Assembly (NCBI GenBank): GCA_965240325.2
Contig: OZ251235.1
Location: 992,001 to 1,056,000, forward strand
Reading direction: 5' to 3'
DNA length: 64,000 bases
Source of the DNA: Rebecca billardiae RCC1528
Lineage: Eukaryota; Protista; Haptophyta
The notes under the pieces were generated by a model. It was not told the origin of the DNA. It worked only from the letters and a program-made list of their open reading frames with translations, and did no database searches. Below are positions 1 to 9,610 of the stretch, in pieces; within the stretch, counting starts at the first letter, position 1, and each line of letters opens with the position of its first letter. A program made the position numbers and the translations under genes.

Positions 1-254
1 AGAATAGAATTTCATTTACGAGCATTGATACGACGCGGTGCAACGTGAAGCGGTTTTTTTAAGATACGACGCGGTCTAATGACCCATTGTTCATACATGT
101 ACATGAATGGGTCGTCATAAACGGCGGGCGGCTCATTTATGACCAGACCGGGCCCTGGGTGATTGATGATCAGAACCCGCAAAAGCTAGCGGCAGTCCAG
201 CACACAAGTAATGAATTAATAACAAGCGCAGTCCAGCACACAAGTAATGAACGA

Positions 255-605
255 ATGGCCCGCGGTGCCGGCTGGCTATCTAGATACGTCGTCATCGCTC
301 CTTGATGACCTTGCGGCAATCTCATTGGCTGGAAAAATCGCTTGTAACGGTTCGTTACGTTATGGATCCTAAAGGGCGTGAAGTTTTTTGGACGGGCGTC
401 ACTCCAATATGAACTTGCCGTGGGCGCGACCTTTTTCGACGCTAATGCACCTGTAAGGGAGTCTCAAAATTCGAAACTCGGTCTCCTCCAGCCCTGAAAA
501 TCGTCCCCCGTCCCTTTTTTCTTGATCAAAGATCTTTTTGAAACGTTGTTCGGGCCCGCTGGTGCGGGCTCCACGCTGCGCGCTCCGCCCTGCACCGCGG
601 GCCAT
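255..605. mobile_element. MITE, ~350 bp, TIR GGCCCGCGGTGC flanked by AT (Harbinger/ISL2EU-like)
   Basis: ATGGCCCGCGGTGC at 255-268 and its reverse complement at 592-605; the right ~110 bp recurs at ~41725-41841 and, in part and inverted, from 63760. Confidence 0.7.
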
Positions 606-944
606 AAGCGCGCGCCGCCCTTACAGTTACAGAACGGGATTCGGTAGGCATTGTTGAATCATTGTAGCCATTGTGTGCTGCCATTGCAGTCAGCATCTCA
701 ACTGGCCATGGCTGGCCATCAGCCTCTGACTCAGGCACATGGCCCTGATCATGGCGCCGCCGTGCGCTCAGCACCATTGCGCCTGCTGCAAATGAGTCGG
801 CCGCTCCATGACCATGGGCATGGCCCGTTTGCGTCCGCGCGCATGGCATCTCGCCGCGTGCCCCGTGCCCGCGGGAGTGGCGCGGCGCCTATTGCTCCGG
901 ACGAGTGGCCAGTCGCAGGCAGGAGACACCTTCTGAGACTCGGC

Positions 945-2375
945 TCAGGTGCACACGGCCTGGCATCGCGCGCCAACGTTGAGGTTGACCATGCCGCACT
1001 CAGCGTAGCAGTAGCAGCACGCGCAGTACAGGCTGGCCAGCTGCTCAGCGCTGCGGCAGCCCGCCTTCCCCACTGCCTGCGGGTGCGACACGGTAGGCAG
1101 CGCGCCGCCGGCGCGCGCCCGTCAGGCTCTCTCGCGCGCACTGAGGCGCGCGGCGAGTGGCGCGCGTGTCCGCGCGCAGCGCGCGCGGCGCGCACCTTCT
1201 GACAGACGAAGCCGTTGCCGTCCTTGTTCGGGTCCGCGCCGCTGCCGAGCTGCTTACCCGTGCAGTACGGGCTGGGGTAGGGCGACGGGACCGCGGGCAG
1301 CGCCGGCACAGGCGCGGCTGCGCGCCAGGGAGCGGCCGCGCGAAGGGGTGCCGCGGCCGCGCGCGGAGCCTCCGGCATTGGCGTGGGGTACGGGTCAGGG
1401 CTGATGGGCGGCTGCGCGCCGCCGTGCGTCAAGCTCCCCGTGCACATCGTCTCGCGGCACTGCGCATTCACGGTGTTCGCCATGCCGCACGGCTCGTAGC
1501 AGTGGCAGCACGCGCAGTACAGGTCCGCGAGCTGGTCCGCCGACGAGCAGTACTGCTGGTCGACCGCCGCCACGCAGATGTAGCCCTGCCCGTCCGCCGA
1601 GCCGCCGCCATACTTCCGCCCGACGCAGAACTCGTTAGGATATGGCGTGGCGGGGTGCGGCACCGGCGCCGGCGGTTGCGGTAGGCTCGCCTGCTGCCCA
1701 GGCCCGAGACACGGCAGCGACGCCATGCACTGCGCGTTGGGCGTGCGGTTCATCTGGCAGTTCATGTAGCAGTAGCAGCATGCACCTACACGCGTGCACG
1801 GCGCAAGGGCGCAGGTGTGGGTGACAAGGTGCGGCGGCGCTCCTGTGCGCGCGCGCGCGCGCGCGCGCACAGTAGAGCGAGCTCAGTTCCTCGTCGGTGG
1901 TGCAGTACGCCTTGCCCACCGCCTTGGCGCAGATCATGCCATTCCCATCCACGTGTGGGTTCACCGGCCGGCTGGGGCGGATCCGGCCGGTACAGAAGCG
2001 GTTCTGAATGGGCGCTGGCACACCCAGCGGCTCGGGCACGGGCGACTCCTCGGGCTCGTCGTCCTCGTCATTGTCCCCGGGCGTCACCTTGCACATCCAC
2101 CCGCACTGCGCGGCCAGCGTGTTCTGCAGCCCGCACTCGTCGTAGCAGTGGCAGCACGCACACCACACGCTCGCTGCGGGGACGGACCGTGCGCAGACGC
2201 GGCGCGGCGCGCGCGTGAGCGCGCGCGCGCAACGGGACGGCTGAGCCGATGCGCAGCGCCCCTCCACAAGGCGCACCGCGGAGTCGCACGCCCGCCGCGC
2301 GCGCACCCAGCTCATCCTCTGACTTGCAGCCTGGCTTGCCGACCGCGCGCATGCACACGTATCCATGCCCGCCCT

Positions 2376-2416
<41 letters not shown>

Positions 2417-2880
2417 TCGTCGTCACCGGAGGCCTGGTTCCCGATGCAGTACTCGTTGGCGTACGGCGATGTCATTGAGTACTCTTTGCGTGGCGCCGGC
2501 GCCGGCGCCGCCGCGCGCACAGGTCTCGCCATGCTCACGGGCGCGCGGGTCGACTGCAGCCTGCGGCATCGCGCGATCTCGTTGTGCTGAACGATCTCAG
2601 CCTCGGCGACGCACTTGTCCTCGCTGCTCTTGCACGCCTCGCCACACGGGCCGTGGTGGGAGCGGCACACGTGGATGCACTTGTCGCGCTCCTCTTTGCA
2701 GTGGCGATCGTCGCGCTTGAACTGGTCCTTGGCGTCCTTCTCGCACTGCTTCTGCTCTCTGGTGGCGTGCTCGGGCGAGGTCGCGCCCGGCGGGCCGAGG
2801 ATGGCAATGCACGCGACAGCGAATGCGAGAGCCAGGGCCACCACCACGGCGCCCGCCGCGCCGCGCTTGCTCAGCGCCAT
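945..2880 (-). CDS. Secreted/anchored Cys-rich repeat protein, 4 exons (2880-2307, 2173-1871, 1785-1196, 1076-945), 532 aa
   Basis: N-terminal hydrophobic segment (AVVVALALAFAVACIAIL); three GT..AG introns restore one frame (1599 nt); four 10-Cys modules with core [YW]CACCxCYxxC; poly-Asp tract; Pro-rich linkers. Confidence 0.85.
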
Positions 2881-3434
2881 CGGTCCGCCCCAGCGTCGCG
2901 GCCGCGCGAATGGCTCGAGCGCTCAAACGCGCTGCTCGCGAGCTGGCTCACTTTTGATTAATACGACTTCAACCGGAATAAAGTACCCGCAACCTGAAAT
3001 GCCTCTGCATGGCCGAGCTTGGCAGAAATAGTGCGGCGGAATGGCAGCGCCGCGCCGCCGCCAGCGCGCCCTGAATCCCTGATGGCTGATGTCCACTGAT
3101 GAGTGATGACCATGATGTGCTCGAGCATCCTGGCTGTGGCCAGCCGTCCAGCCCGAATCGCTCGAGCATGATCCCAGGTGTTCAGTCGGCCTGTGCCCAG
3201 CCCGCTGACGCCCCTGAGCTGTCCGATGGGCGATGGGGCTCGGGCGCCGCCCGATCAGCGCCGGCCGCGGCTTAGCCGGCACGCGGACTGAGGCGGCCAG
3301 TCTAGCAGCTGCTATGTACCGGCGTAACGCTTTCATGCAGCTGATACTCGACACGAATCGTCGGTCTTCCGATCCGACAATCCCGAATCCGCAATCGTCA
3401 CGATGGTCGATTCTCGACGATGTCCCTCATGTCA

Positions 3435-4193
3435 TCACATCAGCGCGCACGCGGCCTCCATGCCCGGAGGGCTGGGGTCATCAACCCGCGAGCACAGTCG
3501 CGAAGCGATGGCCCCGGCCGTGGCGCGCGGGTTGGCCGAGTCCAGCGAGCAGACGAGTGCATCGTCTGCCGCCGCGGTGAGCTCGAAGCTGCCGCCGCGC
3601 ACGCCAACAGGGAGTGCGGCGAGGGAGGCTGCCGATGTCGGCGCGCGCGTGGAGTGCCGCACCCGGAAGGTGGCCACGTAGTGCGTGCGCCCGCGCGGCG
3701 GGTCGGGCTCGAGGGTGAACGTTACGACTGCCAGTGGCAGGACCGACGTCGCCGCCTCGGCGCTGAGCACGTACAGCTCGGCAGAGCGCGCCTGCCCAGC
3801 ATCAGATCCCGCGGCGCGCACGGGAGTCATCGGCGGCGCGGCACTCGGCTCTGGTAGCTGCGCACGCACAGCCATCTCCCAGCCCCAAAACGGCGGCGAC
3901 GAGAACGGATCCGCGAGTGGGTCGAGCGCGGCCACCTCTGAAGCTGACACGCGGCGGCTCCCGCTCGCCTCACACATGCCGACGACGCGCAGCCCGTACG
4001 CAGCCGTGCGCTCCACAAGTGCGAGCGGCCGGGCGCACAGCGCGTCCGGAAGCGCGTAGCGGGCAAGCACGACGCGGCTCTGGCCACGCGCAAGCAGTTC
4101 ACACTGCTCGCCGTTGAGAACCACAGCGGCCATGGCACCATCCGCGTCCCACGACGCATCGTCCAGGGTGAGGCCCGCGATGTCAGACGCCAT
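3435..4193 (-). CDS. Hypothetical protein (252 aa)
   Basis: ATG-initiated ORF with globular-looking composition, unlike the Arg/Ala-rich shadow frames; head-to-head with the gene at 4312. No family recognised. Confidence 0.6.
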   Translation of the reverse strand: MASDIAGLTLDDASWDADGAMAAVVLNGEQCELLARGQSRVVLARYALPDALCARPLALVERTAAYGLRVVGMCEASGSRRVSASEVAALDPLADPFSSPPFWGWEMAVRAQLPEPSAAPPMTPVRAAGSDAGQARSAELYVLSAEAATSVLPLAVVTFTLEPDPPRGRTHYVATFRVRHSTRAPTSAASLAALPVGVRGGSFELTAAADDALVCSLDSANPRATAGAIASRLCSRVDDPSPPGMEAACALM

Positions 4194-4311
4194 CGTGCGG
4201 AATGACTTCAGATTCGATGATGCCGCCGCAGCCCCGCTGCCCCGGTGACGACTCTCAACTCCACGAGGCGAGCAAGCCGGAGGTCACGACCACGAGCCAG
4301 CCCCGAGCACG

Positions 4312-5013
4312 ATGCGCGGCCGTCCGAGGAAGGTGGCCACACGCGAGGCAGCTCTGGCGCCGGGGGGTCCCGATAGCGATGACGACGCACCGCCGGAGGA
4401 GATCACAACGCGTGCAAGGCGCGCCGAGCCGCCGCCCCCTCGCAGCGCGCCCGGAGATGCTGCGCTCGCGCGCGCGGCGCGCGAGCGACAGCAGGCGGCT
4501 GTGCGCGCGGGCCTCCGCGACGCAGCCGCGCCGGCCACACGCGAAGCCCTGCTTCCGACAGACGTGCTGGACAAAGTCGCGGGCGCTGATTTGCGCGCAC
4601 ACGACCCCCACGGCGGCGACGACGAGGATCCCCGCGAGGCTGCCGCGGCCGCGGCGAGGCGCGAGCGCGCGAAGGCACGGCGTGCCGAGGCGGCTAAGCT
4701 CGAGGCGAAGCTGGCGGCCCAGCGCGCGAGCGCGATGCGCGAGCCCGCGCGCGTGGTGCGCACGCACAAAAACTTCCGCCTCGCCGCGCTCGGCACGCCC
4801 GCCGCCGACGCCGCCGCTCTGCGCGGCAGCGGCACCAACCGCGCAGCTGAGCGCTTCCTGCAATCGCACGTCTACGGCTCGAGGCTCAAGCGTGTGCCCT
4901 CGGCGCGGGCGCAGGAGGAGGCGCTCGCGGCGAAGCGGAGGCGGCAGGCCGCGGATACGAGCGTGCTGCGCAGGCGCGCGCGCAAGCGCCAGCGCACGCG
5001 CAAGAGCGCGTGA
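4312..5013 (+). CDS. NOL7/Utp16-like nucleolar U3 snoRNA-associated protein (233 aa)
   Basis: SDDDAPPEEIT, LLPTDVLDKV and AAERFLQSHVYGSRLKR resemble the NOL7 blocks as I recall them (DEAPEE, LLPDTILEKL, NUC129 AxxFxxxxLYG); basic C-terminus. Confidence 0.6.
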   Translation: MRGRPRKVATREAALAPGGPDSDDDAPPEEITTRARRAEPPPPRSAPGDAALARAARERQQAAVRAGLRDAAAPATREALLPTDVLDKVAGADLRAHDPHGGDDEDPREAAAAAARRERAKARRAEAAKLEAKLAAQRASAMREPARVVRTHKNFRLAALGTPAADAAALRGSGTNRAAERFLQSHVYGSRLKRVPSARAQEEALAAKRRRQAADTSVLRRRARKRQRTRKSA

Positions 5014-7162
5014 GCCACGCTAGCTGTGGTCGGTTTGCGTCGGCCTGCCGCTGCCAGCGCCCCCGCCGAGCGCATGCAGCACGCGGGATGAGGCACGCTT
5101 GCATCGCTTGGTATGAGCCCGGCACCCGCTCGGCGCGCGGGCAGCCCACGGCCACTGCGGCCGGTTACGTGGTCAAGTGCATCTCCTCGCTGGGCAATCG
5201 CGGCTGCCAACGCCCCGGGTATCATCGAGGGCATGACGTCCTGTACTCGAGCTCGTAGCACAGCTGCAGGAGTGTCAGTGGGAGCACAAGCAGAGCCGGC
5301 GCTGTGGCAACCGTCCGCATCTGGCACGCTTCCAGTTCTATGTGCACCACGAATCTTAGAAGGCCTTCTGCCGGCTCAACTCCACAACAGCAAGTGCGAC
5401 TGAGCGGCGTCGGGCTCAGGAGACAGGATGGACCTCAGTCTTAGGATCGACAGGGCGACAGGCTGATGCCGTCTGGGCGTCTGGCCTCAGGCCTGCCAGC
5501 CCGCGGGGGCATCGATTTAATTACCACAGTAGGTCACCTGAGGGCTGAATCCAGCCCGGCGACTCTCCTGGTATTGGTAATATAACTCGTCCGCGTGACT
5601 ACGCTCGCGATGATGACACTAAGTCGCGTCGTCCTGGAATTACTGACTGATAATGAGTGATGGCTAGTCAGACGAGTGCCTGACAATCATCGGACTCCGC
5701 GGGCGCGGTCAGCTCACCATAACTACTGTCCCTGATGACAGCCGTCAGCCGACAGTCCGTACTCCGTGCAGTCGTCCGGAATGGCTCCAGCTCCGGGAGT
5801 CCCCCCGCCCCAGCTCCGTAAGTAAGTGCGTTACTGCGTTTCAACGTCTTGGCCCGCCGAGCCCAAGTCAACGGCAACGGCGGACCATGCAGCAGAGTCC
5901 CTTCCGTCTTCCGACGCCCGAAGTGACCAGTCTAACTCTAAGTGGCTTCGTCGGCGTACGATCCGATCAGCCCGCGGAGTCAACGGGTCGATCTGCGCGT
6001 CATCAGACATCACTGATCGATATAACACGTCCGTAAGCTAGTCCAGTGAAAAAAAGTTGACGAAGTTGTCGTTGCTGACGAGCGACGTCGAGCGAGTGCC
6101 GGCGACGTCTGTCAAGATTATTGCGACGACGGTCTTCGTTCGAAGCGCAGCTCTCCAGCGGCTCCGCGGCCGCGCCAGCACCTGCACTCTCGGCCTCGCC
6201 TCTCGGCGGCCCGCGCGCAGCCGCGGGCGAGCCGGGGCCGCATTGCCCGCATTATTGGCACCGTTCGTCCGGTTCAGCCACTAGCTACTGCCATTGAGAC
6301 TTGGCCCGGGCGGCCCGCGCAGGGCCAGGGCCAGGCCCAGGCCCAGGGACCAGGAGCGGCAGACGCTGACGCACGCGGAACGTCAGAGTGTCAGGAGTAC
6401 CCGCGAGGCTCCGAGCCGTCGGACGGTCGTCGTCAGACGTCGTCGGGTGACGTCACGCCGGTCTGTCCGAGCGGCCCGGCCCGCCCGGTGATTAAGCTAA
6501 GACTGTCTAGTCAGTTTAGTGATAGACGGATTAGAGTGGCGCTGTATAAATCAGATCCGGCGAATCGCTCACGGTCGCGCGCCCCTGAGGCCCAGGATAT
6601 GCCCGCGCTGGCTACACGGTACTGACCGCCGACAACTGACTGGCTGTTAAAAGCAAGCGCGAAATAGCATTATAAACAGTGGTGCGGCGGCCCGGACTGC
6701 GGCGCGACGGCCACTGAGGTGGAGACACCGCGGAGTGCATGATGATCGAGCAAAGAATGCGCGAGCTCAACCCGGGTGCTGTCCCTGGCGTCAAGCCAGC
6801 TGCGATGTGAGACCCGCGCACGGATGTGGGCGAAACCATTCGCCCCCATTCCAGAATGCTGCTGGTTGCCGCGCTGCCAGCTGCCGGCCATCGATACATT
6901 GTCCATGGCGTGTCCACCGCCTGCCGCCCGCGCAAGGGCATCGCGACCGCGCGCCACCGTCACGATGCCGCGTGGCACGAGCCAGGCGCGACACGCTCAC
7001 AGCGCGACCACCGACCACGCCTCGCCGCCACCAAACGCCGACAGCCCGAAGCCGTGCCCCACCACACATCCCGCGCCCGCTCCCGCTGCGCCGCTCGAGC
7101 AGTTTCCGCCGCGCCGCACGCCACCGCTGCACCGCACCCACGGCGGTGGAGAGGTCCCACGC

Positions 7163-7618
7163 TTAGGCGACGAGCGATGCCGCGGTCGCCGACTCGTACT
7201 TGAACGTCGGCGGGAGCGCCTTCACGCTCTTGTAGTACCGGGCGATGCGGTGGATGCGCGACTCGATCAGGATGAGGCGGAACTTGGCGTCCTTGTCCTT
7301 GCGGAAGCGCTCGAGGTGCTTGCGCACCGACACCGCCTTCTTGATGAGCATGTACAGGTCCTCAGGGATCTCGGGCGCGAGGCCGTTCTTCTTGAGCATG
7401 CGCAGGATCTTGCTGCCCGTCAAGTGTGCCACCTGCGGGATGCCGTGCTGGTCACGGAGAATCACGCCAATCGCCGACGGGTACAGACCCTTGCGCGCGA
7501 GCTTGCATGCCTGCTCGACGACCTCGCTCGGGTTCGTCTTGAGCCAAGACGGCGGCGTTCGCCGGTAGGGCAGCGCCGACTTGGAGATGCCCTTACCCTT
7601 GCTGTGCATACGCCCCAT
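7163..7618 (-). CDS. RPS13: 40S ribosomal protein S13 (uS15), 151 aa, intronless CDS
   Basis: [20 protein letters not shown]...[51 protein letters not shown]; ATG at 7618, TAA at 7165-7163. Confidence 0.98.
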   Translation of the reverse strand: MGRMHSKGKGISKSALPYRRTPPSWLKTNPSEVVEQACKLARKGLYPSAIGVILRDQHGIPQVAHLTGSKILRMLKKNGLAPEIPEDLYMLIKKAVSVRKHLERFRKDKDAKFRLILIESRIHRIARYYKSVKALPPTFKYESATAASLVA

Positions 7619-9072
7619 GGCTGCGGGGGATGTGCTGGCGCGCGACGCGGTCGAGCGAGCTCTGCCGCTGGGCTCCACCCAGACCCACGTACCCCAGCCC
7701 GGACTCTGTTGTGAACCGAGCAGGACGGGGCACCTTCCGGACTTCATGCTGGCGACTGGGCCGGACCTTTGCCAGCGCAGTGCTCGGAGAGGGACGGGCG
7801 GCCGGGCCGCGCTGGCGCGCTCTCGCGCGGCGGCCGGTGGATGCTGCCACGTGTGCGCGACTGCCATGGCGACAATGCCGCTGACCTGGGGCACGATCCA
7901 AAGCGCCAGCGAACTGAGCCAGCTCATCTTCAGCCACCGCCGCTGATGTTCGTCCCGCCGCAAGTCTTCACCAACCGCCCGAACGTTGTCACAGAAGATG
8001 ACCATGGCGACCGTCGCTCTCATTCAGCACCAGCTCGTGTTTCCGGGCGTGAGCTTGCGAGCGCGCGAGGTGGAGCTGATCCGAATCCTCGACACCCGCT
8101 CATTTAGCAGGCGCCAAGACACAACGTGCCCGTCCAAGTGGCGCGGTCCGGTCGTCACACGGCACACGCACTGCCGAGTGACCGACCACGAGCAGGGACG
8201 CGTGACCTAATTCACATGGGCTGGTGCTCGTGGTAGCGGAGCGCGTGCTTCTTCCAATGAGTCGGCTGAGGCCTCTGGCAACATGTGATGGCGTGGGCTG
8301 ACAGAGTTGTGCGTGCAGTTCACAGTTCTTCAAGCCCGGACGCCGGCCAACGGTCTCCTGCGCCATGGAGCTAGTCGCGGCGGGTGAGGGCCGCGGTGGA
8401 CGAGGCGAGACGTGTGGAGGCCCTGATCCGGGCGCACTTGCCGGTGGGCGGCGGCAACTTGTCGCGCTCGCGCCCCGGGTGCACCTTCGTGCACTGAGAG
8501 TCACCGGTGGGCGAGACTAGACTCTGCTCACGTCAACTCGAGCGAGCTGCGCGCTGTCCGCGTCGAGCTGCTTGCGCCGGGCCGCGCCGTGAGCTCGCGG
8601 GGGCGCGGGTGTGCGCACGCGCTTGTCGGCGGCGAGCTGCTCGCGCCCCGGGCCGCGCCGTCAGCTCGTGGTGGCGCGGGCGTGCTCACGAGCTCGCGCT
8701 GGGCTGCAGCTCCTCAGAGGAATGCCACAGCTCGGGCCGGCTCAGCGAGCTCGCGAGCGCGCCGAGGTGTGGCGGCCGCCGCAGCGCTCAACGCGTCACT
8801 CGACCCAGCGCCGCGCGACGTCTTGACTCGCGAGGGAGACGTCGATATCGGGGCTGTGTGCCAGGCGTCATGATCGCTCGGCGCAGAGCCGACGCTGTCG
8901 ACACTACTCGGATGCACGACAGCACGAGCCATGACGCAGTCGCCCGAGTCGGTTGCGGGGTCACTCTGCCGCGCCTGCTGCCAGCAGGATGCCATCCGAG
9001 GCCGCTATAATATTGACGACGCATGAGCAGATTTTACGACGATATAATTTGACGAGCAGGCGCTGGCTAACC

Positions 9073-9610
9073 AATTCTATGTTTTAAAGACACAGGCACG
9101 AGGGCGCAGCTCTCCTGATTCGTCTGTCGAAGTACTGATTGGAGACAGACGAGGGTGTGAGCGCAGTTGGCCGCGGGTGAGGACCTAGTCGTCGCCGATG
9201 CTGATCACACGGAGGCAGTATAGGTGCCCAGGGATGCCGCTGAAGTATTTGCAGTCGTCGCCAGCCCTTGGTCATCATGTACTGGTACGCGTCGACGTTC
9301 CGAGGCCGTGTTCGAGTTGCGGATGCAGTGGTGCAGATAGTCCGGATGGGGTCGCCCTGGCCGGTGTGCGCGGCCTTGGTCTTGCCGAGTTGCTGAAGTA
9401 GTCGCCCTTGCCGTTGAGGAAGTCGTCGCCCTGGCCGTTGACGAGGAAGTCGTCGCCCTGGCCGTTGAGGAAGTCGTCGCCCTGGCCGCTGAGGATGCCT
9501 GCGCTGCCCAACCGGGCACGTCTGGCGCGCCAGCGCCGCGCGCAGCTCTACGCCAGCGACGGCGGCACGGCGGCAGCCGGATCACGGGGGGCAGCTGCAG
9601 CGGCGCCGGG
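9073..9610 (-). mobile_element. Truncated copy of a dispersed retroelement-like family ending ...CCTGTGTCTTTAAAACATAGAATT
   Basis: Clearly alignable to 24576-25120; same terminal motif at 23542 and, inverted, at 42798-42848. Confidence 0.7.
9395..9493. repeat. 24-bp minisatellite, 4 units (GAAGTCGTCGCCCTGGCCGTTGAG)
   Basis: Direct reading; one unit carries a 3-nt insertion; a 5-unit array lies at 24895-25014. Confidence 0.9.

Noticed and set aside
6776-7714. 312-aa plus-strand ORF and similar long Arg/Ala-rich ORFs (17198-18334, 19162-20937, 44610-46820, 55305-57452)
   Set aside because: Antisense or off-frame shadows of real genes, caused by stop-codon scarcity at high GC.
7619-8023. 135-aa N-terminal extension of the RPS13 ORF
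   Set aside because: RPS13 begins MGRMH; the extension is an open upstream frame from a non-ATG start in GC-rich DNA.
8564-8690. ~69-bp imperfect tandem duplication
   Set aside because: Real, but only two GC-rich copies with no coding or structural signal to interpret.
9395-9493. 24-bp and 102-bp repeat arrays as CRISPR
   Set aside because: Units are head-to-tail with no unique spacers, no cas genes are present, and the context is eukaryotic.
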